Source: Candidatus Uhrbacteria bacterium
GTDB taxonomy: Bacteria; Patescibacteriota; Patescibacteriia; UBA9934; GWF2-40-263
Assembly: GCA_016188495.1 (NCBI GenBank)
Contig: JACPHU010000002.1
Span: 111,466-175,465, forward strand
Direction: 5' to 3'
Length of the DNA: 64,000 bases
The notes under the pieces were generated by a model. The model did not search any database and had not been told where the DNA came from. It was given only the letters and a program-made list of their open reading frames with translations. Every line of letters begins with the position of its first letter. Position 1 is the stretch's first letter. Shown here one piece after another: positions 29,909-39,398 of the stretch. Both the position numbers and the translations under genes were made by a program.

Positions 29909-30904
29909 ATGCACGACCCTCGTCGTAAAAAGTTTTTTTCTCTTTTTTTAGGATCTCTGTTTCTTTTGGCTGTCGTTTTTTTTACCTATACGTTTTTGTG
30001 GATTCAGACAGCATCCGATACAGAGCCTGTTTTTGGGATTACCTATTCATGGGTTTATGCTCGCCAGCTAGGATTAGATCCGCGCCAGACCTATCACGAT
30101 CTGATTGAAGATCTACAGGTTCGTTCCGTCCGGCTTCCTCTCTACTGGTCTGAGATTGAGCCAAAACAAGGAGAGTTTGATTGGACTCTTCCCGATGAGT
30201 TTATCCAGTTTTCTCAGGATTATGAGATAAAACTCACTGTGGTCATTGGGGCTAAGGTTCCTCGTTGGCCTGAATGTTTTATTCCTGATTGGGCAGAACA
30301 ATTAGATCCTTCCCAGAAGAGACAAGCATTAGATTCTTTTTTGGAAAAAGTTGTTCAACGCTACAAGCGTTTTCCAACCATCATCCGCTGGCAGATAGAA
30401 AACGAACCTTTTTTCCCTTTTGGGGAATGTCCGAATCTTTCCCAAACGGAATTTCAAGAACACGTGAATCTTGTGCGTTCGTTTGATGATCGGCCTATTC
30501 AAGTCTCTGTCAGTGGTGAACTTGGATCTTGGTCAGAGGCTGCGCGCTCGGCAGACATTCTTGGAATTTCCTTATATCGTCAAACATGGAATCCTTTTTT
30601 TGGTTATATAATCTATCCGCTGACTCCTGATTATTATTTTTTTCGTTCGCATCTGATACAAAAATTCGTCCCTCAGGTGATCATTTCCGAGTTACAAGCT
30701 GAGCCTTGGTTTTCAGATTCCATTCAATCACGATCTCTCACTGACTGGTATAAGATGTTTACGGTTGAAATGTTTGAACACAATGTTCAGTTTGCTCGCA
30801 AGACCGGATTGGGAGAAGTCTATTTATGGGGAGCTGAATGGTGGTATAGACTGAAAGAAAGCGGGGATGATCGTTTATGGGAAGCTGCCAGATCTCTTTT
30901 TTAA
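29909..30904 (+). CDS. Membrane-anchored TIM-barrel glycoside hydrolase (GH5-like)
   Basis: N-terminal TM. 'RWQIENEPF' resembles the GH5 catalytic NEP motif. Confidence 0.55.
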   Translation: MHDPRRKKFFSLFLGSLFLLAVVFFTYTFLWIQTASDTEPVFGITYSWVYARQLGLDPRQTYHDLIEDLQVRSVRLPLYWSEIEPKQGEFDWTLPDEFIQFSQDYEIKLTVVIGAKVPRWPECFIPDWAEQLDPSQKRQALDSFLEKVVQRYKRFPTIIRWQIENEPFFPFGECPNLSQTEFQEHVNLVRSFDDRPIQVSVSGELGSWSEAARSADILGISLYRQTWNPFFGYIIYPLTPDYYFFRSHLIQKFVPQVIISELQAEPWFSDSIQSRSLTDWYKMFTVEMFEHNVQFARKTGLGEVYLWGAEWWYRLKESGDDRLWEAARSLF

Positions 30905-30916
30905 ATATCGATCTTT

Positions 30917-32335
30917 ATGAAAAAAAATACGTCGTTTGATGTGATTGTCCTGGGGTCTGGTTCTGCAGGGTTTTCTGCTGTTCAAGCAGCTCATGCGCAG
31001 GGCGCCTCCGTCTGTTTAATTGAAAAGGATCGCCTAGGAGGAGACTGTCCTAATAAAGCATGTATCCCATCTAAGGCGTTATTGAAAGCTGCCACATTTT
31101 ATCGCACGCTCAATCGGGCTCGAGATTTTGGTATAGAACTTGGCGGAAAATCTTTTCAGTTTAAAAAAATCATGCAGTATCGACAAACCATTGTAGACAC
31201 GATTACCGGGGGAGGAGATCGTGGCGATCGATACGTTGAGATTCTGAATCAGATGGATATCGACAGGCGTTTTGGACAGGCTTCTTTTTTAGACTCTCAC
31301 ACCATAGAAATAAATGGTGAGCAGCTTTATGGCAAAACAGTTGTCATTGCCACAGGAACCGTGGATTTCATCCCTCCTATTGTTGGATTAGAAGACGTTC
31401 GTTTTTGGACATGGACAGAGGCGTTGGAAACAAAAAACCAACCTAAGTCATTAGCGATTATCGGTGCAGGTCCTGTTGGGTGCGAGCTGGCAACATTTTA
31501 TGCCTCTTTTGGTACACGCATTCTTCTATTACAGAGTCATCCCGTCATATTAGAGAGAGAAGATAGGGAAATAAGTCTTTTGGCGGAAGGTGTGCTCAAA
31601 CAAATGGGCGTGGAGGTTGTGGTTAATGCGCAGATAGAGGAGATCGTTCACGCCAGAGGAGGTGTTGCCGGGCTTTCTGTCAGTTCTGAAGAGTTTTCTT
31701 CTAAGATGCACGCGGTTGAACGCATTGTTGTCACAACAGGAAAACGAGCAAATATAGAAGGATTGAATGTATCGTTGGCAGGAGTTCATTTGGATAAAAA
31801 GGGTTACGTAAAAACAAAAAAGGATCAATCTACGAACATTCCGCACATTTTCGCTGCCGGAGATGTGGACGGGGGATTGCAGTTTACTCATACTGCTCAT
31901 CAAGAGGGTTGGGTCGCGGGTTTTAATGCCGCCCTTTTTGTTAAGCCCAAAAAAGGGAAGTCACTTCAGACCGACCAGCGAGTTGTTCCGCGCGTGACGT
32001 TTTTAGCATCGGAAGTCGCTTCTGTGGGAATGACTCAGGAAGAGGTTATCCATCAATATGGAAAGGTGTTGGTCGGAAGATATACTATGGCTTCTCTTGG
32101 ACGTGCCCTGACCGATGGTGTAACGCAAGGCATGATTAAACTCGTGGCTCATCCTAAATCACGTAAGCTCTTAGGTGCCCATGTGATCGGGGAACGGGCA
32201 GGGGAAATGATCCATGAGGCAGCATTGGCAATCTTTTTGAATGCAACGATAGATAAAATAGCTCAAATGGTTCACGCGTTTCCAACGTTTTCGGAAGGTC
32301 TTAAGGCAGCGGCCTCGGCGGCACAAATAGAATGA
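30917..32335 (+). CDS. FAD-dependent pyridine nucleotide-disulfide oxidoreductase (dihydrolipoyl dehydrogenase/mercuric reductase class)
   Basis: 'VIVLGSGSAG' FAD motif. Redox-active disulfide 'GGDCPNKACIPSK'. Confidence 0.8.
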   Translation: MKKNTSFDVIVLGSGSAGFSAVQAAHAQGASVCLIEKDRLGGDCPNKACIPSKALLKAATFYRTLNRARDFGIELGGKSFQFKKIMQYRQTIVDTITGGGDRGDRYVEILNQMDIDRRFGQASFLDSHTIEINGEQLYGKTVVIATGTVDFIPPIVGLEDVRFWTWTEALETKNQPKSLAIIGAGPVGCELATFYASFGTRILLLQSHPVILEREDREISLLAEGVLKQMGVEVVVNAQIEEIVHARGGVAGLSVSSEEFSSKMHAVERIVVTTGKRANIEGLNVSLAGVHLDKKGYVKTKKDQSTNIPHIFAAGDVDGGLQFTHTAHQEGWVAGFNAALFVKPKKGKSLQTDQRVVPRVTFLASEVASVGMTQEEVIHQYGKVLVGRYTMASLGRALTDGVTQGMIKLVAHPKSRKLLGAHVIGERAGEMIHEAALAIFLNATIDKIAQMVHAFPTFSEGLKAAASAAQIE

Positions 32336-33825
32336 TTGTTATGAGGTTTTTATCTTTTTTTCACAAAATCATTCGACGTCTTTATTTTTCTCAGGATCTG
32401 ATTTCCCAAAAAAATAAGAAGATTTCGCTTCATTCTTTTTTTGGATGGGAAAGCGTAAGCGTTGATCAAACGATCCAATCAGGGACCTATATCTACGGTT
32501 TTTTTCGTTCTATCATGAAGATGCTTCCCAAACAGACTCGAGCGAAACAGATTCTTGTATTGGGATTAGGTGCAGGAACTTGTCTCAAAGTCATTCGCAA
32601 ACAATTTCCAGAGGCTCATATTGTGGCCGTTGAATATGATGAGGTGATGGTGCAATTAGCTCGAGAATGTGTTTTAAAAAAGCAATCTCATGATTGGTTG
32701 GAGATAAGACAAGGAGATGTTTTGGATGTGTTGCCCTTATTGAATCAGCCATTTGATCTTATTTTTGTCGATTTATTTTGCGGTTCGTTTGTTTCTCCTT
32801 CGGTTTCAACGCCTGAATTTTTACAGCAGCTTCAGCGACTTCTTTCATGGGATGGGTATCTCGTCGTTAATTTTTATTTAGAAGAAGCCTCGATCTCTGG
32901 GAGAGTCGAACAGTTTTTTTCTTCTCATAGTAAGAAACGCTATAATACCAATAGCGTAGGTTTATTTCGCCATTACGGAAAAGGCCGTGTAGGAGAGGTT
33001 CTTCCCGAAGGATTTTTTGATAAGGAACAATCTCATCAATACCTCACCACTCATATTTCCAAGGCCAAGCGAACTCAATTACGAGAAGAACCAGGAGTTC
33101 TTGGGCTCCAATCCTCTTTAGGTTCCATTTCGTGGGAACGTTATGTGGGCGATCACCCTCCTGATCTTTCTCCTTCCTCTCAGATCCGACTCATTCAATG
33201 GCAGCCTTTGACCAATCAGCGACATCGGGGATGGATTCCGGTTCCTCGTTATTTCTCCTCTATCTATAAAAAGGGAATAGCGATTATTGACCAAGAGGCG
33301 TATTGGAATATGTGGTCCTCACAAGCAAAGCGCCAACGTGCTAAATTTTTGCACCAGGAAAATTTGTTTTGCGAACGTGTTGATGTGAAAACTTTTGAAC
33401 AGGCTTATCATGATTCAAAAGCTCTTGATTGGTTCACACGAACCGCTTTTCTTCGCGTGATTACTTTTCATGTGTTGGCCAGACCAGCAAGCGTCAATTT
33501 ATGGGTGATCAAAGATAAAAATCAAGAAGGTCGCATCGTTGCGGGACTTGTGACGGTGGATTTTGATGATATTTCACAGTCGGTCCATATGTGTTCTTTC
33601 ATCCATAAAGAATCGAAGTCGGAACCTTTAGGAGTTCCGTTGATTGATTATTGGTATAAACATTGTTTAGATCGTGGAATTCGTTTTGCCAATTTTGGCA
33701 TTCTTCGCCAAGGGTCAGATCCTCGTGCGTGGCAGGGATATACCAATTTCAAGCGTCAGTTTCATTTGCACGAAATTTGTTATCCTTCTCTTCTTTTTCG
33801 CATCGTTTTTCCTTCTAAAAGATAG
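32332..33825 (+). CDS. Fusion protein: spermidine-synthase-like class I SAM methyltransferase domain + C-terminal GNAT/FemAB-like domain
   Basis: 'ILVLGLGAGTC...VAVEYDEVMV...FDLIFVDLF'. C-terminal acyltransferase-like region is tentative. Confidence 0.55.
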   Translation: MIVMRFLSFFHKIIRRLYFSQDLISQKNKKISLHSFFGWESVSVDQTIQSGTYIYGFFRSIMKMLPKQTRAKQILVLGLGAGTCLKVIRKQFPEAHIVAVEYDEVMVQLARECVLKKQSHDWLEIRQGDVLDVLPLLNQPFDLIFVDLFCGSFVSPSVSTPEFLQQLQRLLSWDGYLVVNFYLEEASISGRVEQFFSSHSKKRYNTNSVGLFRHYGKGRVGEVLPEGFFDKEQSHQYLTTHISKAKRTQLREEPGVLGLQSSLGSISWERYVGDHPPDLSPSSQIRLIQWQPLTNQRHRGWIPVPRYFSSIYKKGIAIIDQEAYWNMWSSQAKRQRAKFLHQENLFCERVDVKTFEQAYHDSKALDWFTRTAFLRVITFHVLARPASVNLWVIKDKNQEGRIVAGLVTVDFDDISQSVHMCSFIHKESKSEPLGVPLIDYWYKHCLDRGIRFANFGILRQGSDPRAWQGYTNFKRQFHLHEICYPSLLFRIVFPSKR

Positions 33826-33887
33826 ATATTTGGATAAATACATAAGGTCTTTTTGAATAAAGAGGATATGTTATACTAGCGTTTATT

Positions 33888-34451
33888 ATGTCAAAAGAAA
33901 TTGTCTTTGATATTGAAACACAAACGGCGGCGGGGTCTGATTTGCGCGAAATGAAAATTTCCGTAGTAGGCGTTTTTTTCTACGAAACCAATTCATATGA
34001 ATGTTTTGAAGAAAAAGATTTTCCAAGGCTTTGGAAGTATTTAGAACAGAGCGATCGTCTGATCGGATATAACTCCCGTTTTTTCGATACACCCATTTTA
34101 AACAACTATTATCCAGGTGATCTGAATAAATTTGTTCAATTGGATATTTTGGAAGAGATTCATAAAGCGTTAGGTTTTAGGTTGAAACTGGATGATGTTG
34201 CGGCAGCAACGATTGGTCAGAGAAAATCAGGGCATGGGTTGCAAGCGGTAGAGTGGTGGAAACAGGGAGAGATCCAAAAAATTAAAGACTACTGTCTTCA
34301 GGATGTAAAAGTCACCAAGGAGGTTTATGAGTACGGTCTTAAATACAAAGCACTTGCTTATGAAGATCGATTGACCGGCCGTAAAGCGATTCCTGTTGAT
34401 TTTTCTAAAAAGGAGCAGGCTTCCTCTATAAATTTAAGCATGGGATTTTAA
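33888..34451 (+). CDS. DEDD-type 3'-5' exonuclease (RNase H-like fold)
   Basis: Exo I motif 'VFDIETQT'; size and spacing of acidic residues. Confidence 0.6.
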   Translation: MSKEIVFDIETQTAAGSDLREMKISVVGVFFYETNSYECFEEKDFPRLWKYLEQSDRLIGYNSRFFDTPILNNYYPGDLNKFVQLDILEEIHKALGFRLKLDDVAAATIGQRKSGHGLQAVEWWKQGEIQKIKDYCLQDVKVTKEVYEYGLKYKALAYEDRLTGRKAIPVDFSKKEQASSINLSMGF

Positions 34452-34503
34452 GAGATCATTCATTTTTTCGAATGAAATTCTGTGGATAACGGTTATCTTT
34501 GAC

Positions 34504-34558
34504 ACACTACATATCGTGGTCTAGAATAAAAGATAACCACAACATATAGTATTTGTGG
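34504..34558 (+). promoter_or_regulatory. Two NrdR-box-like palindromes upstream of nrdJ (ACACTACATATCGTGG; CCACAACATATAGTATTTGTGG)
   Basis: The first matches about 13/16 positions of the acaCwAtATaTwGtgt-type consensus. No nrdR gene is visible in the window. Confidence 0.25.
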
Positions 34559-34668
34559 AAATGAATTTTTGAAGCCCTCATCCTCTTCTCAAGACAAAAG
34601 ATGATCCAAAAGCGGATCTTCTTTTCATCTCTAGTGCCTTTTAATTTTTTTCCGCTCATACTCGCCCT

Positions 34669-37600
34669 ATGTCGGACCACGCCTCCCAAAATCTTCAATC
34701 CACCGTTGATGCCAAAAACGTCTCCGACGTCGTTTGGAATTTTATGACCTCTGTAAAGACCGTTCAAAAACGCAACGGAGAAGAGCAGTCTTTTGATCAG
34801 GTGAAACTTTTTTCTTCTCTGTGCAAGGCGTTTGCCTCAGCGGGGATGAAGGATCAATCCATTCTTGAACGGGTAACGTCTCAAGTGATGACTCGTTTGA
34901 CCAAACAGTTTGACGGTCACAGCATTCCTTCTTTTTTTGATATTCGAGAATGTGTCACCGTCACCTTGATTGATAACAATCTTGTGTATGTGGCAAAACG
35001 ATACGCTTCTTATCGCGGATCCAAATCCAACGATGAGCGAAAAGAAGTGTATGGCCATGGTATTGTCGTTGACCGCTATTTTACAAAATCGAGTATTCAT
35101 CCGTACGACGAGATTGAATGGGAAACGCGAGACGCCACCATTACCGATTCAAAAGGGAAGGTTGTGTTTGAGCAAAAAGGAGTGGAAGTTCCAAAATCTT
35201 GGACACAGACAGCAACGAATATCGTTGTGTCAAAATATTTTTTTGGAACGATCGGAAAAGAAGATCGCGAATATTCCGTAAAACAGCTTGTTGGTCGCGT
35301 GGCAAAAACGATTACGCAATGGGGAACGAAAGATGGATACTTTCACACACAAGAAGACGCCAAAGCCTTTGACGATGAATTGCATTACATTCTGGTCAAT
35401 CAAATGGCTGCGTTCAACTCACCTGTTTGGTTTAACGTTGGGACAGATCGTCCGCAACAGTGTTCTGCTTGTTTTATCAATTCTGTTCAAGATGACATGC
35501 GTTCGATTTTAAGCTTGTGTGTCACAGAAGGCATGTTGTTTAAGGGGGGATCTGGCGCAGGATCCAACTTATCGAAATTGCGTTCACGTCATGAGTTTTT
35601 GGGAGGTAGCAATGGAAAAGCTTCAGGACCCGTTTCTTTCATGAAAGGATTAGATGCCTTTGCTGGTGTGATTAAAAGCGGTGGAAAGACACGTCGTGCT
35701 GCAAAGATGGTGATCTTAGATATTGACCATCCAGATATCGACGATTTCATCATGTGCAAAGTGAGAGAAGAAAAGAAAGCGTGGACGCTTATGGATGCAG
35801 GATACGATGGATCTCTTGATGGAGACGCCTATGCTTCCATTTATTTTCAAAATGCAAATAATTCTGTCCGTGTGACCGATGAGTTCATGCAAGCGGTTGA
35901 AAAAGACGGTGACTGGACAACTCATGCTGTGACCACAGGGGAACCTGTACAAACTTGGAAAGCAACAGAACTCATGAACATGATGGCCGATGCTGCCTGG
36001 CAGTGTGGCGATCCTGGAATGCAATACGATACCACTATCAACAAATGGCATACATGTAAGAATACCGATCGTATTTACGCTTCCAATCCTTGTTCTGAGT
36101 ACATGTTTTTGAATGATAGCGCTTGTAACCTTGCCTCCCTCAACCTCATGCGATTTCGAAAAGAGGTCGATGGAGAAATGATGTTCGATGTAGAAGCCTT
36201 TAAAAAGGCTAACGAAATCATCATTACGGCGATGGAAATTATTGTTGGGAATTCTGCCTATCCTACTCCTGCCATTGAACAAAATAGTCACGATTATCGC
36301 CCTCTTGGAATTGGCTATGCCAATTTGGGAGCCCTTTTGATGAGTCGCGGCCTTGCTTATGATTCCGATGAAGGTCGCAATCTTGCCGCAGCTATTTCTT
36401 CTCTTCAAAGTGGACATTGTTATTATCAGTCTGCCAAGATTGCAGAGAAGATCGGTCCTTTTGCTGGATATAAACGCAATGAAGAACCTTGTTTGGAGGT
36501 CATGCGTATGCACCGCGATGCTTCTTATGAAATGGGGGGAGAAGGCGTTCCAGAAGATCTGCTCAAAGAGTCACGAACCTGTTGGGACAATGTGGTTGAG
36601 CATGGAAGTAAATACGGTTTGCGCAATGCGCAAATTTCCGTTATCGCTCCCACAGGTACCATTTCTTTTCTGATGGATTGCGATACCACAGGTATTGAAC
36701 CGGATATTGCTCTTGTGAAATATAAATGGCTTGTGGGTGGAGGGATGTTGAAAATCGTGAATAACACCGTGCCTGAAGCGTTAACTCGTCTTGGATATAC
36801 GGCACAGCAGAGAGAGCAGATCCTGGCTTTCGTTGAAGAAAAAGACACTATTGAAGGAGCCCCAAATTTGAAGTCAGAACATCTTTCTGTTTTTGACTGC
36901 GCATTCAAAGCGGCGCAAGGAACACGAACGATCCACTACATGGGTCATCTTCGTATGATGGCCGCGGTCCAGCCGTTTATTTCCGGAGCCATTTCAAAAA
37001 CCGTGAACATGCCTCACGAAGCGACGGTGGAGGATATCGCCGGCGTGTATATGGAAGGATGGCGTTTGGGCCTGAAGGCCATCGCGATTTACCGTGATGG
37101 ATCCAAACGACAACAAGCTCTCACCACCTCCAAAGAGAGCGATGCGAAAAAACAAAATACCGACGCCAAAAAACAGGATGAGATAAAGAAAACGCAAGAG
37201 GTATCCCAGGTGATTCCTACCGTGACGATTCAGACGGATACGCGTCTTCGACGCAGACGGCTTTCGGATGAACGTCGCAGTATTACCCATAAGTTCGCGG
37301 TTGGAAATCAGGAAGGATATATCACCGTTGGATTATATGATGACGGAACTCCGGGAGAACTTTTCATCACGATGTCCAAACAGGGTTCCGTCATCTCAGG
37401 ACTTATGGATTCTTTCGCCACAGCGATTTCTATCGGTCTTCAATATGGTGTTCCGCTGGAAGTGTTGGTGAACAAGTTTGTTCACATGCGTTTTGAACCT
37501 TCCGGTTACACGAACAATCCACAAATTCGCATTGCCAAATCGATCACCGATTATATCTTCCGTTGGCTCGCCATCAAATTTCTGCCACGTGAAAGTCAGC

Positions 37601-37890
37601 TTGCTGTAGGGATTAATTACACTCAAGACACTCAGGAGATCATTGAGCCTGTGACAGAAATGGAATCATTGGCCCAACAGCTTGCACAAGACGTTGCGAG
37701 CAAGGATCAATCTAATTTGTTTGAACTTGCCAAACAAAATGTTTTGACACAGACGAGATCTACCGCGCATACCCAAACGTTCGACAACCAGTCCGATGCT
37801 CCTGCCTGCGATACGTGCGGCTCCATGATGGTTCGCAACGCTGCATGTTATAAGTGTCTCAATTGTGGCGCCACGAGCGGATGTAGTTAA
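34669..37890 (+). CDS. nrdJ: Ribonucleotide reductase, class II (adenosylcobalamin-dependent) large monomeric form with ATP-cone and C-terminal Zn ribbon
   Basis: 'NPCSEYMFLNDSACNLASLNL' active-site motif. ATP-cone 'VQKRNGEEQSFDQVKL'. C-terminal 'CDTCGS...CYKCLNCG'. No nrdB nearby. Confidence 0.75.
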   Translation: MSDHASQNLQSTVDAKNVSDVVWNFMTSVKTVQKRNGEEQSFDQVKLFSSLCKAFASAGMKDQSILERVTSQVMTRLTKQFDGHSIPSFFDIRECVTVTLIDNNLVYVAKRYASYRGSKSNDERKEVYGHGIVVDRYFTKSSIHPYDEIEWETRDATITDSKGKVVFEQKGVEVPKSWTQTATNIVVSKYFFGTIGKEDREYSVKQLVGRVAKTITQWGTKDGYFHTQEDAKAFDDELHYILVNQMAAFNSPVWFNVGTDRPQQCSACFINSVQDDMRSILSLCVTEGMLFKGGSGAGSNLSKLRSRHEFLGGSNGKASGPVSFMKGLDAFAGVIKSGGKTRRAAKMVILDIDHPDIDDFIMCKVREEKKAWTLMDAGYDGSLDGDAYASIYFQNANNSVRVTDEFMQAVEKDGDWTTHAVTTGEPVQTWKATELMNMMADAAWQCGDPGMQYDTTINKWHTCKNTDRIYASNPCSEYMFLNDSACNLASLNLMRFRKEVDGEMMFDVEAFKKANEIIITAMEIIVGNSAYPTPAIEQNSHDYRPLGIGYANLGALLMSRGLAYDSDEGRNLAAAISSLQSGHCYYQSAKIAEKIGPFAGYKRNEEPCLEVMRMHRDASYEMGGEGVPEDLLKESRTCWDNVVEHGSKYGLRNAQISVIAPTGTISFLMDCDTTGIEPDIALVKYKWLVGGGMLKIVNNTVPEALTRLGYTAQQREQILAFVEEKDTIEGAPNLKSEHLSVFDCAFKAAQGTRTIHYMGHLRMMAAVQPFISGAISKTVNMPHEATVEDIAGVYMEGWRLGLKAIAIYRDGSKRQQALTTSKESDAKKQNTDAKKQDEIKKTQEVSQVIPTVTIQTDTRLRRRRLSDERRSITHKFAVGNQEGYITVGLYDDGTPGELFITMSKQGSVISGLMDSFATAISIGLQYGVPLEVLVNKFVHMRFEPSGYTNNPQIRIAKSITDYIFRWLAIKFLPRESQLAVGINYTQDTQEIIEPVTEMESLAQQLAQDVASKDQSNLFELAKQNVLTQTRSTAHTQTFDNQSDAPACDTCGSMMVRNAACYKCLNCGATSGCS

Positions 37891-37917
37891 GCCTTGACGT
37901 TGAATAAAGACAAAATA

Positions 37918-37948
37918 AAAGACAAGGTCCTTTGACCTTGTCTTTTAA
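37918..37948 (+). terminator. Terminator after nrdJ
   Basis: AGACAAGGTC-cttt-GACCTTGTCT + TTTAATT. Confidence 0.7.
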
Positions 37949-37972
37949 TTAGGATATCGTTTTTATACTAGG

Positions 37973-38530
37973 ATGCGTAAACGAAAAAAGAGAAGGGAGC
38001 CGATCATGCCCAACCTACGAGTCCAAGTGCGTTCTTTCATGCGCAATATCATGCGCTGGAAATTCGTCTTTGATGTGTTGACGCTTCTGCTGATCAGTCT
38101 CCTGCTGGGGAGCTACTACGTTCCCTGGATTCACGTGAGTTCACAGTTAGTGGATTATTGGTTTTCCACACTCGTCATCTTCGTCGGCGCGCGGGAGGTC
38201 GGACGATGGATCGGTGATCACAAGCAGGGAAAGTACATCCTGCGCTTCATCGCCCATGGCGAGATCTATCTTCTTCTTTTTTTGATCCTACCTTTTGTCA
38301 TGGGTGTTCCCGAGTCCTTTTTTACAAACGCTCCTACAGCTCAACAGAAAGCCGTGATGGTCATGGCTACTGACCTGGGCCTCAAAGTTTCTTTCCTTTA
38401 TGCCACCAGCGCGGTGAGTAAAGGAGGAAGCGAAAAGTACCAGGATTTTGTGGAGAAACTCTCCGCATTTATCAATGCCGTTTTGACTCCCAAAAAACCT
38501 TCTGAGAAACCTGACTCGCGCACCGGATGA
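37973..38530 (+). CDS. Hypothetical membrane protein (GC-rich island)
   Basis: ORF with 3-4 TM segments; start may be internal (MPNLRV at 38006). Confidence 0.4.
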   Translation: MRKRKKRREPIMPNLRVQVRSFMRNIMRWKFVFDVLTLLLISLLLGSYYVPWIHVSSQLVDYWFSTLVIFVGAREVGRWIGDHKQGKYILRFIAHGEIYLLLFLILPFVMGVPESFFTNAPTAQQKAVMVMATDLGLKVSFLYATSAVSKGGSEKYQDFVEKLSAFINAVLTPKKPSEKPDSRTG

Positions 38531-38602
38531 TCTGGTTTGCGAGTTTTTCTATTTTAAAACCCACCAGCATGTGTGGTGGGTATCGTTGATAGGGAGTTTA
38601 TT

Positions 38603-39277
38603 TCAGACTCCCAGGTTTGTTCGCAGATCGTTCACAGTCCTCTTGATAAGTCCGATTCCCTTGCTTGCCAGCAGAGCTGCTTTTGTCATGGCAGTCTCAG
38701 GGTGGACTTCATATTTGACCGGCGGTTCATGACCGTGCCAATCCTTTAGATGCTGTGAGCTTTCGAGAATACGGGGATCATCGAGCACAACAGCGATGGG
38801 ACGGCACATCACTCCTGCGTTCTCGAACATTGCTTCCGAGACCTGAATGACCCGACCCCGCCAAATGCCTTTGAAGGATCCGGCAGGGAACAGGCGCAGG
38901 ATTTCCCATGTGGGCAGATTCTGATTAAGACACAAGGTCGGATCTGTGTCGAAGCTTCCGATCTCGATCAGACAGACGTCACCCACATGGAAATTTCCGT
39001 GAGTTGTGACACCCTGCATCCGATACAACGGTCGAACCTCATACTCAAACGGAGGCTCTTTGTGGGACAATTTCCTTACGCCTTCGTTTTTATGCCCGTC
39101 GATACGGTCATCGGTGAAGAACGCCCGGATGGGCTGCGGTGACAGACGGGCGTCACCCATCTCGCTCACTTCGCCCCGATACCATGTGTCACCGCCGAAG
39201 TCATCGTACGTGGGGCCACTGAGCACATCCACATTCCTGCGAATGATTCGGATCTCACACATACCTCCCACAGACAT
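38603..39277 (-). CDS. Hypothetical protein, possibly MOSC-like beta-barrel (GC-rich island); start uncertain
   Basis: 'THGNFHVGDVCLIEIGSFDTDPTLC' loosely resembles the MOSC GENL..GD..PC motif. The listed ORF extends to 39439, overlapping the murE start. Confidence 0.3.
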   Translation of the reverse strand: MSVGGMCEIRIIRRNVDVLSGPTYDDFGGDTWYRGEVSEMGDARLSPQPIRAFFTDDRIDGHKNEGVRKLSHKEPPFEYEVRPLYRMQGVTTHGNFHVGDVCLIEIGSFDTDPTLCLNQNLPTWEILRLFPAGSFKGIWRGRVIQVSEAMFENAGVMCRPIAVVLDDPRILESSQHLKDWHGHEPPVKYEVHPETAMTKAALLASKGIGLIKRTVNDLRTNLGV

Positions 39278-39398
39278 CTTGGAAATATTTGTCCGTCCGA
39301 GGAATCGCGCTTTTGCCACTTTTATTCTCCTTTGTTGGTGGTTTAAGTGGAGGATTAGAATATACAAAATAAGCCAAAATGTCAATGGTTGTGATAAA

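Noticed and set aside
34452-34668. Cobalamin riboswitch upstream of the B12-dependent RNR
   Set aside because: No B12-box-like sequence or the characteristic paired elements were found; the region is AT-rich and unstructured apart from the NrdR-like palindromes.
39006-39398. Long N-terminal extension of the MurE-like ORF (ORF track start 39006)
   Set aside because: It overlaps the oppositely oriented GC-rich gene, has no Mur ligase similarity, and the conserved protein begins at MPERM (39399); treated as spurious read-through.
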